Assembly: GCA_965195285.1 (NCBI GenBank)
Contig: CBDAFS010000058.1
Coordinates: forward strand, 21,711 to 85,710
Length of the DNA stretch: 64,000 nt
Source of the DNA: an uncultured Aminicenantes bacterium
GTDB lineage: Bacteria > Acidobacteriota > Aminicenantia > UBA2199
Direction of reading: 5' to 3'
Shown: positions 9,338-21,234 of the stretch, in pieces
Numbering within the stretch: position 1 is the first letter of the stretch
Layout: every line of letters starts with the position of its first letter
Notes under the pieces: generated by a model
Databases searched by the model: none
Told to the model about the DNA's origin: nothing
What the model saw: only the letters and a program-made list of their open reading frames with translations
Program-made: the position numbers and the translations under genes

Positions 9338-11494
9338 TCAATTTTGGGATTCGTTTTCGAAAACCGATTTTAATCTCAGGGGGAGTAAGGTTCTTCGTAA
9401 ATGAGGTGAGGAATTAAACACCGCTTTCTGAATGGTTGCCGGATCCGACAACAGGAAAATCCTTTTTTTTGCTCTGGTAACAGCTGTATAAAAAATTTCT
9501 CTGTTCAGCATAATCGAATGGGAAGGGAGCAATATCAGTACAACGATGTCATATTCAGATCCCTGTGATTTGTGAACAGAAATGGCATAAGCCAGGGCCA
9601 ATTCATCAATTTCATTTTTATCGTATTCGACAAGATAACCATCATAATCCACCATCATCTTCTGTCCTTGGGGGGTAAAATCGGATATAATTCCCATTTC
9701 ACCATTGAATATTTCTTTGTCATAATTATTTTTTAATTGCATCACCTTATCCAATCGTTTAAACGTCGATTTTTCTCTTTTGATCAGTAACGTTTCGGAA
9801 TTAAATTGATTCTGTATGGTTTTGTTGACATTGTCGATTCCTGCTTCCCCTCTGTACATGGGGACCAAAATCTGTATTTCACTTGAATTGGGATTGTATT
9901 GATTTTTAAAATAGTTGATGATTCCCTTCACTTTTTGTATTACCTGCTGCTCACTTTTTATGGGAATAAAGACAAAATCCAGGTTTTCACTATAGGGCGT
10001 TAGAATTAATGTGTCTCCGGTATTGATCCGATAGGCATTTTCGATGATCAAGCTATTTTCAGTCTGCCTGAAATTTCTATTGAGGTATATGGTATTAAAA
10101 TAGTCACTTTTTATGAGATCCCTTAGAATATTTCCGGGTCCCACCGATGGTAATTGATCTTTATCCCCTATAATAATTATTTTGGTCCTTGCCGGAATTG
10201 CCCTTAACAGTGAATAAAAGAGAAAAGAGTCAACCATGGAAAACTCATCAATAATAATGGCATCGGCAAGGAGCGGATTGTGTTCGTTATGATAAAAATC
10301 TCTGGTCTCAGGATTCACCTTTAACATTCTATGAATGGTTGAGGCCGGGTAATGAGATGTTTCTTCAATACGTTTGGCGGCTCTTCCGGTTGGAGCTCCT
10401 ATGAGAACCTGCTTGTTTTTTTCCAGGAATGCCTCAATGATGGCCCGGATGATTGTGGTTTTTCCTGTTCCGGGACCACCCGTAATAATGGTGAGGCTGT
10501 TCTGGATGGCAGAATTAATGGCAGCTTCTTGCTCCTCACTTAATTGTATAGCAAGTCTTTGCTGGATCTGAGCGGTATTGATTTCCCATTTTTCCTCTTT
10601 CTCATGGGATTCGGCGATTTTAAATAGAAATGCAGCAATGTTTTTTTCAATATAATAATTTTTGGCACTGGCTATAATTTTTTCAGGAATATTTTCTTTG
10701 ATTAATTCCTGTCTGCCAATCTTGTTTTCAATTCCCCTGGATATGATTTCGCTGTCCAGGTTTAAAAGGATTGAACATCGTTCTGTCAACTCCTCATCGG
10801 GTAAAAACAGATCTCCTTGGTGCTGTTCACTCTGGGAAATAATGAAATCGATTCCTTTGCTGACCCGGTTGGGATCATTTTTGGAAATTCCAAATCCACT
10901 GGCAATGGTATCGGCAATTTTGAAGCCAATGCCCTTTACCTTATCGATCATGCAATAGGGGTTGCTTTCGCAGATTTCAAATGCCCGGTCTCCGAATTCT
11001 CTGTATATCTTAAAAATTGTTTCGGTTCCGATACCGTATGGTGACAGTTTTATGGTCAGGTTTCTCAGGATTTTATTTTCCAAGATATTCTTCTTTATTT
11101 CCTCTATGATCGGTTTCCGTATTCCTTTTATGGTCGATAATTGTTTGGGATCTTCTTCCAGTATTTTAAGGGTTAAAAGTCCGAAAGCCCGGACAATTTT
11201 TTTTGCCGTAATCTTCCCGACTCCTTTGACCCTGGTAATTAAATACTTTTCGATTCCTTCTGTGTCCTGGGGTTGAATGAACTTGAAATTGAGTACTTTG
11301 AGCTGATTGCCAAATCGGGGATGGACAATGGGTTCGGCTTCAATCTCCAGAAAATCACCCTCTTTGACATCAAACAGATTGCCCACAATAATTTTGCTGT
11401 CCCGAGATCCGGTTATTGATGCCTTAAAGACACCAAATCCGGTTTCCTGGGAAACGAAAATTCTTTTTTGTACTTTAACTTTTTGATTGAACAA
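9338..11494 (-). CDS. recD2: ATP-dependent RecD2-family SF1B DNA helicase
   Basis: HhH motifs (KGVGK, KGIGFKIAD), GGPGTGKTT, DEFSM, GDKDQLPSVGPG and AYAISVHKSQGSE. Confidence 0.92.
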   Translation of the reverse strand: MFNQKVKVQKRIFVSQETGFGVFKASITGSRDSKIIVGNLFDVKEGDFLEIEAEPIVHPRFGNQLKVLNFKFIQPQDTEGIEKYLITRVKGVGKITAKKIVRAFGLLTLKILEEDPKQLSTIKGIRKPIIEEIKKNILENKILRNLTIKLSPYGIGTETIFKIYREFGDRAFEICESNPYCMIDKVKGIGFKIADTIASGFGISKNDPNRVSKGIDFIISQSEQHQGDLFLPDEELTERCSILLNLDSEIISRGIENKIGRQELIKENIPEKIIASAKNYYIEKNIAAFLFKIAESHEKEEKWEINTAQIQQRLAIQLSEEQEAAINSAIQNSLTIITGGPGTGKTTIIRAIIEAFLEKNKQVLIGAPTGRAAKRIEETSHYPASTIHRMLKVNPETRDFYHNEHNPLLADAIIIDEFSMVDSFLFYSLLRAIPARTKIIIIGDKDQLPSVGPGNILRDLIKSDYFNTIYLNRNFRQTENSLIIENAYRINTGDTLILTPYSENLDFVFIPIKSEQQVIQKVKGIINYFKNQYNPNSSEIQILVPMYRGEAGIDNVNKTIQNQFNSETLLIKREKSTFKRLDKVMQLKNNYDKEIFNGEMGIISDFTPQGQKMMVDYDGYLVEYDKNEIDELALAYAISVHKSQGSEYDIVVLILLPSHSIMLNREIFYTAVTRAKKRIFLLSDPATIQKAVFNSSPHLRRTLLPLRLKSVFENESQN

Positions 11495-11810
11495 AATTAA
11501 TTATTATCACCGAATTTTTCTTGATTCTTATGGCTTTCATTTTTCCTGGGGTCGAATGGTAAAAAACAAAGAATGATCATTGAACCCATACCGAAATTAA
11601 ATTGACTTGGGAATCCATTTTTTTCAAATACATTATACAAAACCAGGAAGGTAATGAAAAGAAAAATCAGATTTCAAATATGTAGATGAATGCTCCGATT
11701 TTGATGAATAAAGAGGATGAAGTGGAAAAAGATAGAATTATAGGCTTTTGAGGTTGAAAAAATAGAGAATTTATGGCATATTATTTGTTGTTACTGAAAT
11801 TTGGTATTAA

Positions 11811-13565
11811 ATGGATATAAAGGATCAAGTCAAGAGAGAAATTTCAATTGTAGAAGTTGCTTCTATGTATGTTGACCTCAAGCCTGCCGGAAAATATCTA
11901 AAAGCATTGTGTCCTTTTCATTCGGAAAAAACCCCCTCTTTTTTTGTGATGCCGGAAAAAAATACCTATACCTGTTTCGGTTGCAATCGCTTTGGTGATA
12001 TTTTTACCCTGGTCCAGGAAATGGAAAATTTGGGTTTTATGGAGGCCATGAATTTCCTGATTGAGAGGTTTCAATTGCCTATCCAGAAATCGGATTCTCA
12101 AAAACGGATAAAAATAGAGCCCTATATGGAAATCAGTCAGATGGCTAATGTCTACTTTGTAAACAATTTGAAGAATTCTCAATCGGGGAAAAAGGCAGTA
12201 GAATATCTGCGGGAAAGAGGGCTCCAGCCGGAAATCATGGAATTATTTCAACTGGGCTATTCCGAAGATAGATGGGACGGACTTTATGGTTTTTTAACGA
12301 ATAAGAATTGCGACATTCCCAAAGCCATTGAACTGGGCTTGCTGATAAAAAATGAAAAAGGTCGGGTGTATGACCGATTCAGGGACAGAATAATTTTTCC
12401 GATTTTTTCTGAATCAGGATCGATTATTGCCTTCGGAGGGCGATCATTTACGGGTGAGGGCAGTAAGTATTTGAATTCTCCGGACACACCGTTATTTAAG
12501 AAAGGTAAACATCTGTATGGATTCCATCTGGCCAAGAATGCCATCCGTGAAAAAAAACAAACCATATTGGTGGAGGGATATTTTGATATGATTTCTCTTT
12601 ATCAAAATGGAATTCAAACAGCCGTGGCGTCCATGGGTACTGCCTTAACCGAGGTTCAGATAAATATACTAAAACGGTTTGCCGATAAAATATATATGTT
12701 TTATGATACCGATACGGCAGGTGTAGAGGCTACTATCCGTGGTATTGAAAAAATGTTTCTGCAGAATATAAACCCTCTCATTATCGGTTCCAGTAGCGCC
12801 AAGGATCCGGATGATTTTATTAGAGAAAATGACATTAATGCATTTGAGAAATTACTGGCAAGGTCTGTTTCGGGATTTAAATTTGTTTTGGATAAAATTT
12901 CCCGGGATTACCCTCTGGAAATTCCGGAAAGGAAGCGAGATGCCCTTGAAGAGGCCAAGGTTTTTTTAAGTAAACTTGAGGACCCGTTGATTCGCGATGG
13001 GTATCGGATATTGGCGGCTGATTTTTTTAAAGTAGATCCGTCCGCCCTGAATCAGGAAAAGAGGGAATCGGCATCTCCAAAGCATGACATATTCCCCCTG
13101 ATGATCAAAATCGATGAGAAAGAATTCATAGAATGCATACTGATTGCACCAAAATTTATTCAAGAAATAAAAGAATTGTTTACCGATGAGATCATGTCTG
13201 TTCTTTCATCCAAGAATATTATCAGCTCAATTTTTAAAAACTTTAATCCCAAGGCGAATGAATTTAATTATAAACAAATCTCAGCAGATATTAATGATGC
13301 TGAACGGGCTCGATTTAATCAGATATTATTTTCGATAGAAAATATTAATTTGGGAAAATCTCAGATAGCTGAAAAGATCGAAGCCAGTTTTTTAAGTTTT
13401 CAAAACACCCTTAACGAACGGAGCATAACCCGGTTTAATCAGGAAATAAGAATTGCCGAACGTGATGATAATATTGACAAGGTGACTCAACTTATGAAGC
13501 GAAAAACTAAGTATATCAGAGAGAAACGAAAATTAAACGGAGGGAATACGGTTGAAACAACATAA
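11811..13565 (+). CDS. dnaG: DNA primase
   Basis: Zn finger [41 protein letters not shown] and KDPDD. Confidence 0.97.
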   Translation: MDIKDQVKREISIVEVASMYVDLKPAGKYLKALCPFHSEKTPSFFVMPEKNTYTCFGCNRFGDIFTLVQEMENLGFMEAMNFLIERFQLPIQKSDSQKRIKIEPYMEISQMANVYFVNNLKNSQSGKKAVEYLRERGLQPEIMELFQLGYSEDRWDGLYGFLTNKNCDIPKAIELGLLIKNEKGRVYDRFRDRIIFPIFSESGSIIAFGGRSFTGEGSKYLNSPDTPLFKKGKHLYGFHLAKNAIREKKQTILVEGYFDMISLYQNGIQTAVASMGTALTEVQINILKRFADKIYMFYDTDTAGVEATIRGIEKMFLQNINPLIIGSSSAKDPDDFIRENDINAFEKLLARSVSGFKFVLDKISRDYPLEIPERKRDALEEAKVFLSKLEDPLIRDGYRILAADFFKVDPSALNQEKRESASPKHDIFPLMIKIDEKEFIECILIAPKFIQEIKELFTDEIMSVLSSKNIISSIFKNFNPKANEFNYKQISADINDAERARFNQILFSIENINLGKSQIAEKIEASFLSFQNTLNERSITRFNQEIRIAERDDNIDKVTQLMKRKTKYIREKRKLNGGNTVETT

Positions 13566-15450
13566 GGCCAAAGAAGAGTCGAGCGGAAAACCAGAGAAGT
13601 CCAAAGTTGATAATCGAAAGAAATCAGCAAAGCAGCCTGAAATTTCTCAACACATTATCGATGAATTGGCTCAGATGGCCGGAAGCAACGACAATAAATT
13701 GAATGGAGAAGATTTTACCGCCTTTCTGGAAAATAATAATTTGCTGGTGCAAAAGAAGAAGATCACTTCGATCTTGGCGTCTCAAAATATTAAAATAAAA
13801 CGATCCCAAAATATTATAAACCCCGAGCGTTTAAAACTTTATAATGAATTTTTAAATGTTTACAAAAAGGAGCTAAAAGTGATAATGCGCCGGGCCAAGA
13901 AAAATTTTGGCATGGTTGAAAGTACTTTTATTTATAAAGTTTTTGAAACCGAGGAAATATTCAAGAAAAACCTCAAGTTTTTAAGACACTATCTGAAGGA
14001 AAATGAAGTGAAAATCATAAAGGTCCCCAAGACCAGATCCACTAAAATGACTGATGAAAAGAGTGAAATTGTCGGAGATCCGGTCAGACAGTATTTACGG
14101 GAAATGGGCCATGTCAATCTTTTATCGCGAAATGAAGAGATTAATATTGCTAAAAAAATTGAAAGGGGTGAAAAAAAGATAATCAAATCGTTATCCAAAA
14201 CCAATATCGTTCTAAATTCGGTTATTGAATTGGGAAGGGATGTCCTGGAAGGAGTAAAGGATATTGATGAGGTCATTGATGTGAATGAAGATCTATATGA
14301 TGAATCCAAGAAGCAGGCAGTTAGGGATAAATTTTTAAAACAGTTTGAGAATCTGAACCGGTTTAAAAGAGAGTTGAAAATCATTAAGAAGTCAAAGATC
14401 TCAAATTTTATGATTGCCAAGAAAATGTTGGAAATCACCCATTTGATTCAAAGCATGTCAATTCTTTATGAGCACAAAAAAACCTTCGTTAACAAAATTG
14501 AGCAGCTGAAAGAAAACTACAATCATGTTGAGAACCGAATCAGGAAACTAAATACAGAAGCTGAAAATTTATCCAAAAGAAGCAGAGCTTACAAAAACCT
14601 GATGGTGGAAATTGATAACTATCGGACCCGGTTGAATAAGCTGAATAAAAAATATGAGATAAATCCCGAGGACCTTTTCAAAACCTGTGCTGATATTGAA
14701 GAAGGGCAGCGTTTAATCGAGTTATCCAAGAATGATTTGGTCGAATCCAATTTAAGATTGGTGGTTTCGATTGCCAAGAAGTATATAAACAGGGGGTTAC
14801 AGTTTTCAGATTTAATCCAGGAAGGGAATATCGGCTTGATGAAGGCAGTGGAAAAATTTGAATATCAAAGGGGGTACAAATTTTCTACCTATGCGACCTG
14901 GTGGATCCGGCAGGCCATAACCAGAGCCATCGCTGATCAAGCCCGTACCATAAGAATCCCCGTTCATATGATTGAGACGATTTATAAAATAAACCGCACC
15001 CAGCGTCGTCTGGTCCAGGAACTGGGCCGGGAACCTACCGAAGAGGAAATTGCCAACGAGACCGGATTTTCTACTGAAAAGACAAGGAAAATATTGAAAA
15101 TCGCCCAGGAACCCATTTCACTTGAAACCCCGGTTGGAGATGATGATTCTTATCTCAGGGATTTCTTAGAGGATGACAAGACGGTATCACCTCCTGAAAT
15201 TGTTTCTCAGATGAATCTGAGAGAGCAGCTGGAACTCATCCTCTCATCTCTAACTGAAAGGGAGGCCAAAGTCATTCAAAGACGCTTCGGATTGATTGAC
15301 GGAAATGAACATACCCTTGAAGAAGTGGGGCAGGAATTTCAGGTAACCCGGGAAAGAATCAGACAGATTGAAGCCAAAGCCCTCAGAAAATTGAAAAAAA
15401 AGGCCAAAAGGTTGGTCACTTTTTTAGATAAACCCGAAGAATTCAAGTAA
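13552..15450 (+). CDS. rpoD: RNA polymerase primary sigma factor
   Basis: [47 protein letters not shown] and TRERIRQIE; follows dnaG. Confidence 0.96.
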   Translation: MKQHKAKEESSGKPEKSKVDNRKKSAKQPEISQHIIDELAQMAGSNDNKLNGEDFTAFLENNNLLVQKKKITSILASQNIKIKRSQNIINPERLKLYNEFLNVYKKELKVIMRRAKKNFGMVESTFIYKVFETEEIFKKNLKFLRHYLKENEVKIIKVPKTRSTKMTDEKSEIVGDPVRQYLREMGHVNLLSRNEEINIAKKIERGEKKIIKSLSKTNIVLNSVIELGRDVLEGVKDIDEVIDVNEDLYDESKKQAVRDKFLKQFENLNRFKRELKIIKKSKISNFMIAKKMLEITHLIQSMSILYEHKKTFVNKIEQLKENYNHVENRIRKLNTEAENLSKRSRAYKNLMVEIDNYRTRLNKLNKKYEINPEDLFKTCADIEEGQRLIELSKNDLVESNLRLVVSIAKKYINRGLQFSDLIQEGNIGLMKAVEKFEYQRGYKFSTYATWWIRQAITRAIADQARTIRIPVHMIETIYKINRTQRRLVQELGREPTEEEIANETGFSTEKTRKILKIAQEPISLETPVGDDDSYLRDFLEDDKTVSPPEIVSQMNLREQLELILSSLTEREAKVIQRRFGLIDGNEHTLEEVGQEFQVTRERIRQIEAKALRKLKKKAKRLVTFLDKPEEFK

Positions 15451-15460
15451 GATTTTTGTG

Positions 15461-16390
15461 TTATTCGGTTATCTCATCTTTTTTTTCTTGTCCCCGAGGA
15501 TGAAACTGATCGTATATTTGCTTAACCTTATCCCTGGAAACATGGGTGTATATTTCTGTAGTTGAAATGCTGGAATGACCGAGCATCATTTGGATAGATC
15601 GTAAATCAGCTCCTTTTTCAACCAGATGGGTGGCAAAGGAATGTCTCAGGGTATGGGGAGTCAGTATTGAGCCAATTCCCATTTGTTTTCCATAGCCCTT
15701 TATTATTTTCCAGAGTCCCTGTCGACTCAGTGAATGTCCCCTGTGGTTGAGGAAAACATATTGGGTATCTTTGATTCTTAAAATACCAGTTCGAGTTTCA
15801 TCCAAATATGCTTTCAGGCATTGTTTTGCCTTTTCTCCCAGGGGAATAATCCGTTCCCGGTTTCCTTTTCCCAGAACCCTGATAAAACTATCGTCCATAA
15901 AAATATTTTTTATTTTCAATTGGGTGACTTCGGAAATTCTTAATCCAGTTCCGTACATTAATTCCAATATGGCTTTATTCCGTATACCCAGAGAGGTGGA
16001 TGTGTCCGGGGTATTCAGCAGGGCATCAATCTGTTGAATGGAAAGGTAATGAGGTAACACTTTCCATTTTTTGGGGAATTCAAGGTCGGAAACCGGGTTG
16101 CTATCCAGTTTCCCCTCTGAAACCAGATACTTATAAAAACTCTTTAAGACTGAAATCAAATGAGATTGTGTGGCCAGTGAAATTCCCTTAAGTGCTTCTG
16201 ATTTAATAAATTCAATGACCTGTGAATCGGAGAGAGCTGAATGACTGATTTTTTTTAGAGATAAATGTTTTTGAAGTTTTCTTAGCTGCTGTTTATAGGA
16301 TTCAATGGTATTGAGGGAAAGTCCTTTTTCCATTTCCACAAAAGTCAAATAAGATTGCATATCATTGATGAATTCAGTTCGGTCAAACAT
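15461..16390 (-). CDS. xerD: Tyrosine recombinase XerD
   Basis: TGLRISE, GKG, HTLRHSFATHL, LGHSSISTTEIY and HPR C-terminus. Confidence 0.92.
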   Translation of the reverse strand: MFDRTEFINDMQSYLTFVEMEKGLSLNTIESYKQQLRKLQKHLSLKKISHSALSDSQVIEFIKSEALKGISLATQSHLISVLKSFYKYLVSEGKLDSNPVSDLEFPKKWKVLPHYLSIQQIDALLNTPDTSTSLGIRNKAILELMYGTGLRISEVTQLKIKNIFMDDSFIRVLGKGNRERIIPLGEKAKQCLKAYLDETRTGILRIKDTQYVFLNHRGHSLSRQGLWKIIKGYGKQMGIGSILTPHTLRHSFATHLVEKGADLRSIQMMLGHSSISTTEIYTHVSRDKVKQIYDQFHPRGQEKKDEITE

Positions 16391-16417
16391 GATGTTTTGT
16401 GGTATGGGAAATCTTAT

Positions 16418-17626
16418 TCAAGCGCCGTATTTTTTAAATTTTAAGGCATGAGCCATCATCAATGGAAGAATGTCGATAGAATAAAACCGGCCCAGAACAC
16501 CTCTGGCGCATTCGATCTCTGAGAAGCTTTCCGGTTTCCAGGGATTTAATCGATTATAGGGTGATTTTATCAGTAACGGATTGGGATGCCATGAATGTGA
16601 TTTCATGATGCTGGGTGTTGAATGATCGCTGGTTATGACCAGAGTTTGGGGATTCAATTTGAGGATTTCTGGCAGAATTTTATCAAATTCTTCAATGGTT
16701 TTGACCTTATTATTGAAGTCTCCATCCTCGCCGTAAGAGTCGGTTTTTTTTATGTGCATGAAGAAAAAGTTGTACTCAGTGTAATGTTTTTTCAGGGTTT
16801 TAACCTCTTCACGAATGGTTGATCCGGTATCCAATATATCCATTCCTACCAATTGGGCAAGTCCCCTGTACATTGGGTAACTGGCGATGGCCGCAGTTTT
16901 TAAACGAAACAATTCCTGCATAGATGGAATAGACGGATATCTGGCAGTACCCCTCAGCAAACAGGTATTTACCGGTTTTTGGCCGCTAAGCTCTTCAGTA
17001 ACCCGGATAATAAATTTGTTTAAGATCTTAGCGGTTCTTTCAGCTTGAGGTGACTTTGCCTTGGAGTACAATATGGGTTTATCAATGACTTCCGGATCAG
17101 CATCGGTCACATCATCGCTCAGTCCCCCTCCTCTTAAGAGGAGTACGAATCTGTGTTCCTCTCCGGAAAAAAGTTTTATTTTAACATCTTCAATCCAGTT
17201 GATTTTTTCATCCAGGTAAGCGATGATTTCTCGATTTTTTTTGGATGATATTCTTCCGGCTCTGCGATCGGTTATGATTCCATTTTCCTGGGTGGCAAAA
17301 TTCCCCCTGATGGCAATATCATCTTTCTCTACCTTTATCCCCACTCCCAGAGCCTCCAGTATCCCTCTTCCGATTGAATACCTGAGAGGGTCATAGCCAA
17401 AGAGGGCCAGATGGGCCGGACCGCTTCCCGGGGTAATCCCCATGGAAATGGGAAGGGTTAATCCCAATTCGCTTTCGGCAGCCAATTGGTTGAGGTTGGG
17501 TTTCTTGGCAGTTTCAAGTTCGGTTTTCTGGTTCACCGGAAGCCCACCAAGGCCGTCCAGAATGATCATGATCATTCTGTTGTCATTTTCCAAACTGATT
17601 TTTCGGTATAAAGATTCTTTGTCCAT
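16418..17626 (-). CDS. apgM: 2,3-bisphosphoglycerate-independent phosphoglycerate mutase, archaeal (ApgM) type
   Basis: ILDGLG, PGSGPAHLALFGYDP, GRG.LEALG, DRRAGRI, SDHSTP and HSWHP. Confidence 0.9.
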   Translation of the reverse strand: MDKESLYRKISLENDNRMIMIILDGLGGLPVNQKTELETAKKPNLNQLAAESELGLTLPISMGITPGSGPAHLALFGYDPLRYSIGRGILEALGVGIKVEKDDIAIRGNFATQENGIITDRRAGRISSKKNREIIAYLDEKINWIEDVKIKLFSGEEHRFVLLLRGGGLSDDVTDADPEVIDKPILYSKAKSPQAERTAKILNKFIIRVTEELSGQKPVNTCLLRGTARYPSIPSMQELFRLKTAAIASYPMYRGLAQLVGMDILDTGSTIREEVKTLKKHYTEYNFFFMHIKKTDSYGEDGDFNNKVKTIEEFDKILPEILKLNPQTLVITSDHSTPSIMKSHSWHPNPLLIKSPYNRLNPWKPESFSEIECARGVLGRFYSIDILPLMMAHALKFKKYGA

Positions 17627-17753
17627 TTTGCCTCAATATCATTATGACCATAATAGTCAGAAAAATCAAGAATTATATTTTATAGAAAAGTCGAGGTTTT
17701 ATTGCAAATATTTTGATTATTCATTAAACTTTTTGTAAAAGGAGACTTGGAAT

Positions 17754-18272
17754 ATGAACTTTCACGATGTGATCAAACAAAGAAGGAGTATCAGAGATTA
17801 TTTACCGGACAAAAACATACCGGATGAGGTACTTATTAGAATCCTCGAGGCCGGCCGCATAGCCCCTTCAGCTGCCAATCGACAGCCCTGGAAAATTATG
17901 GCCATCAAAGATAAAAACCTGCGCCAACGGGTATGTGAAAGTTATAAAGGGAAATGGTTGAGAAATGCTCCGGTTATCCTGGTGGTTGTTGGTTACCGGG
18001 AACAGGCCTGGGTCAGGCCAAAGGACCGACATAGCAGTATGGAAGTGGATCTGACCATTACCATGGACCATATGATTTTAGCCGCAGCAGCAGAAGGTAT
18101 CGGAACCTGCTGGATAATGGCATTTGATTATTATATTCTCAAGCAGGTGTTGAATCTAAAAGACAATCAATTTGTATCCTGTATTACTCCTCTGGGTTAT
18201 CCTTCAGAGCGATCCCTGAAGGAAGAAGATTCTTTTCGAAAGGAATTTGATGAGGTTGTGGAAATTGTTTGA
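17754..18272 (+). CDS. Nitroreductase family flavoprotein
   Basis: RRSIRDY, APSAANRQPW, GIGTCWI and PLGYP. Confidence 0.9.
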   Translation: MNFHDVIKQRRSIRDYLPDKNIPDEVLIRILEAGRIAPSAANRQPWKIMAIKDKNLRQRVCESYKGKWLRNAPVILVVVGYREQAWVRPKDRHSSMEVDLTITMDHMILAAAAEGIGTCWIMAFDYYILKQVLNLKDNQFVSCITPLGYPSERSLKEEDSFRKEFDEVVEIV

Positions 18273-18330
18273 TTCGAGCTTTTGGGTCTTTATATTCGCA
18301 TCCGCCCGGGAAATATAACCAGTCATTGGT

Positions 18331-18359
18331 TTGACACATTCTGACAAATTTGCTATTAT
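18331..18359 (+). promoter_or_regulatory. Sigma70-type promoter of metK
   Basis: TTGACA-N17-TATTAT with TG extension. Confidence 0.65.
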
Positions 18360-18382
18360 TTTTTCTCACGCTGGAGGTAATT

Positions 18383-19543
18383 GTGATCAAAGGAAAATAC
18401 TTGTTTACATCTGAATCAGTATCTGAAGGTCACCCGGATAAGATCTGTGATCAAATATCAGATGCCATTTTAGATGCCTGTTTGGAACAGGATCCAGATT
18501 CAAGAGTGGCGGTTGAATGCCTGGTAAAGACTGGTGTGGTCGTTGTAGCAGGAGAATTAACCACCAAAGGATATGTGAATATTCCAAATATTGTAAGGAA
18601 AACCCTGAAAGAAATAGGCTATACAAAGTCTGAGTATGGAATTGAATATAAAACCTGCGGAGTCATGGTTCATATTGAAGAGCAATCCCCGGATATTTCC
18701 ATGGGTGTCAGTGAAAATGAAGGACAATACCAGGAGCAGGGAGCAGGTGATCAGGGGATGATGTTTGGTTATGCAACCAATGAAACCAAAGATTTTATGC
18801 CCCTGCCGATTTATCTGGCCCATAAGCTGGTTAAGAAACTGAGCGAAGTCAGAAAAAATGGCGAAATTGCCTATTTGGGCCCTGATGGGAAATCACAGGT
18901 AACCGTTGAGTACGAAAATGGAAAACCGCTGAGAGTAACCACGGTAGTGGCATCCAATCAACATGAAGACGGGCTTTCTCATGACGAAATACAGTCCGAT
19001 ATTATTGAAAAAGTCATAAAGCCGATCTGTGGAAATTGGATTGATTCTGAAACAAGATATTTAGTGAATCCCACTGGAAAATTTGTTCTGGGTGGCCCTT
19101 ATGCCGATGCGGGTGTTACTGGCCGAAAGATCATTGTTGATACTTATGGTGGGATGGGAAGGCATGGTGGCGGTGCTTTTTCGGGAAAGGATCCATCTAA
19201 AGTTGACCGTTCCGCGACCTATCTCTGCAGATATATAGCCAAAAATATTGTGGCAGCCGGTCTGGCCGAAAGGTGTGAAGTTCAGGTTGCCTATGCTATA
19301 GGAGTGGCTGAGCCGATTTCGATCAACGTCAATCTTTTTGATACCGGAAAGTTAAGTGAAGAAAAGATTGTTGGATTTATCAGAGAAGTGTTTCCCCTGA
19401 AACCGGCAGATATTGTCAGGGAGTTGAATTTAAAAAGACCCATATACAGGAAGACAGCTGCATTTGGACATTTCGGAAGAGACACCTTTCCCTGGGAGCG
19501 GCTTGATAAAGTTGATCAATTAAAAAAATTGGCCGCAAATTGA
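18383..19543 (+). CDS. metK: S-adenosylmethionine synthetase
   Basis: [19 protein letters not shown] and [12 protein letters not shown] 18383 follows GGAGG. Confidence 0.97.
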   Translation: MIKGKYLFTSESVSEGHPDKICDQISDAILDACLEQDPDSRVAVECLVKTGVVVVAGELTTKGYVNIPNIVRKTLKEIGYTKSEYGIEYKTCGVMVHIEEQSPDISMGVSENEGQYQEQGAGDQGMMFGYATNETKDFMPLPIYLAHKLVKKLSEVRKNGEIAYLGPDGKSQVTVEYENGKPLRVTTVVASNQHEDGLSHDEIQSDIIEKVIKPICGNWIDSETRYLVNPTGKFVLGGPYADAGVTGRKIIVDTYGGMGRHGGGAFSGKDPSKVDRSATYLCRYIAKNIVAAGLAERCEVQVAYAIGVAEPISINVNLFDTGKLSEEKIVGFIREVFPLKPADIVRELNLKRPIYRKTAAFGHFGRDTFPWERLDKVDQLKKLAAN

Positions 19544-19603
19544 TTTTTTTCAAAACAATTTCTTATAGAAGGCATACACTTTTAATCAGATAATGAGTTT
19601 AAT

Positions 19604-20695
19604 ATGAGTAAGGGAAAAATCCTCATCGCTGATGATGAAGTCGATATAAGAGAACTGGTGGGAGATTTTTTGCACTCACAAGGATACGAATGCGTTTTGG
19701 CGCATGATGCTTTTGATGCCCTAGAGAAATTTAAGAAACACAATGATTTCGACCTGGTAATGTCTGATATTCGCATGCCGGGGAAAACAGGCCTTGAACT
19801 ACTCGATGAAGTTAAATCAATCGATGATGATGTGATTGTAGTGATGATATCCGCAGTGAAGGATATTGAGTCGGCGATTTCGGCAATGTCCAAGGGGGCA
19901 TATGATTATGTGTCCAAACCTTTTAAACTGCAGGAAGTGGCCTTGACGGCAAAAAAGGCTATCGAAAAGAGAAAGCTCATTTTGGAAAACAAGGAATATC
20001 AGAGAGAGCTGGAGCGAAAAGTTGAAGAAAGAACAGTTGAACTCAGAAATGCACTTCAGGAGCTTGATAAAGCCTATAAGTTTACCCTGAGAGCCATGGT
20101 GACAGCCCTGGATACCCGGGATACAGAAACCAGTGGCCATTCCATGAGGGTAGTCAATTATACTCTGAAGTTGGCCAATATTGCGGGTATAAAGGATAAC
20201 GGTAGATTGAAAGTTTTAGAATACGGAGCGATTCTTCATGACATCGGAAAGATTGGAATTCCCGATGCCGTACTGAGAAAACCAGGCAAGCTTTCCCCGG
20301 AAGAATGGAAAATCATGAAAACCCATCCCCTGATCGGATATCAAATATTACACAAGATAAAGTTTTTGGAAGAGATCTCTCTAATCGTATTGTATCATCA
20401 TGAGAAATACAACGGTACCGGGTATCCTAAAGGACTGAAAGGTGATCAAATCCCTCTGGGATCCAGAATATTTACAATCGCGGATTCAATCGATGCCATG
20501 ACTTCTAAAAGACCATACCGGGATGCACTCTCATTTGAGACTGCCACCAGGCAATTAAAGGAGTCTTCGGGAAAGCAATTTGATCCAGATTTCATCGATA
20601 TGTTTTTTTCTGTCGGATTGGATTACTGGAAGCAAGAGAAGGAAAAGATTGATCGGCAGATCATGGAAGATTCGGATATTCATTATTTGGACTAA
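19604..20695 (+). CDS. Response regulator with HD-GYP cyclic-dinucleotide phosphodiesterase domain (RpfG-like)
   Basis: REC domain (ADDE, SDIRMP, KPF), then HDIGK, HHEKYNGTGYP and RPYR. Confidence 0.92.
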   Translation: MSKGKILIADDEVDIRELVGDFLHSQGYECVLAHDAFDALEKFKKHNDFDLVMSDIRMPGKTGLELLDEVKSIDDDVIVVMISAVKDIESAISAMSKGAYDYVSKPFKLQEVALTAKKAIEKRKLILENKEYQRELERKVEERTVELRNALQELDKAYKFTLRAMVTALDTRDTETSGHSMRVVNYTLKLANIAGIKDNGRLKVLEYGAILHDIGKIGIPDAVLRKPGKLSPEEWKIMKTHPLIGYQILHKIKFLEEISLIVLYHHEKYNGTGYPKGLKGDQIPLGSRIFTIADSIDAMTSKRPYRDALSFETATRQLKESSGKQFDPDFIDMFFSVGLDYWKQEKEKIDRQIMEDSDIHYLD

Positions 20696-21234
20696 ATGTT
20701 CTGGCCCCAATCTGAATTCCGAGATCGATTTTTAAAAGTGGTATTAATTTCCCTGAATTGAGTTTTTGATTTTATTTTATAAATCAGAGCATCTTCAACG
20801 GGATTTTGATAGTATTCCTTTCTTGTCCCCTGTTTTTTAAATCCGAATCGTTGATAGAATTGAATGGCCCCCATATTTGATTTTCGTACCTCAAGATAGA
20901 TTTCCGGGATTTCGTTTTGACGGGCTTGGTCCAATATGAACTTCATGAGAGCGTGGCCGATTCCCCTTTTTTGGTGCTTGGGGCTGACAGCAATATGGTG
21001 AATTTCAATCAATTTTTCAATCATCCAGAAAATGATATAGCCGACTACTTCACCTGTTTTCTGCATACAGACCACATAAAAATGGGATATGGGATTCAAT
21101 AATTCATCCGCGTATTGTGATTTTTTCATCCCGAAGGGTGTAATTTGATTTTCTATATTAATAATAGAATTCAGGTTTTTATTGCGGGTTTTTACTATTT
21201 TTATCTTGATTTCTTTCAATTTTGGTCTCGGCAT
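20692..21234 (-). CDS. rimI: RimI-family N-terminal acetyltransferase (GNAT)
   Basis: IAVSP.HQKRGIG, LEVRKSN..A..FY..FGF and RKEYY..P.EDA; follows tsaB. Start is uncertain because of a 56-nt overlap. Confidence 0.85.
   Translation of the reverse strand: MPRPKLKEIKIKIVKTRNKNLNSIINIENQITPFGMKKSQYADELLNPISHFYVVCMQKTGEVVGYIIFWMIEKLIEIHHIAVSPKHQKRGIGHALMKFILDQARQNEIPEIYLEVRKSNMGAIQFYQRFGFKKQGTRKEYYQNPVEDALIYKIKSKTQFREINTTFKNRSRNSDWGQNI

Noticed and set aside
11495-11810. ncRNA or small ORF (MKRKIRFQICR at about 11654) between recD2 and dnaG
   Set aside because: AT-rich divergent promoter region with no stable structure; an 11-codon ORF is expected by chance.
15461-16390. Tyrosine recombinase as a mobile-element integrase
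   Set aside because: Length, motifs and housekeeping context fit chromosomal XerD; no att sites or cargo genes are present.
18273-18382. SAM riboswitch or SahR site upstream of metK
   Set aside because: The promoter leaves a leader of only about 17 nt, and no aptamer or ATATC-N10-GATAT match is seen.
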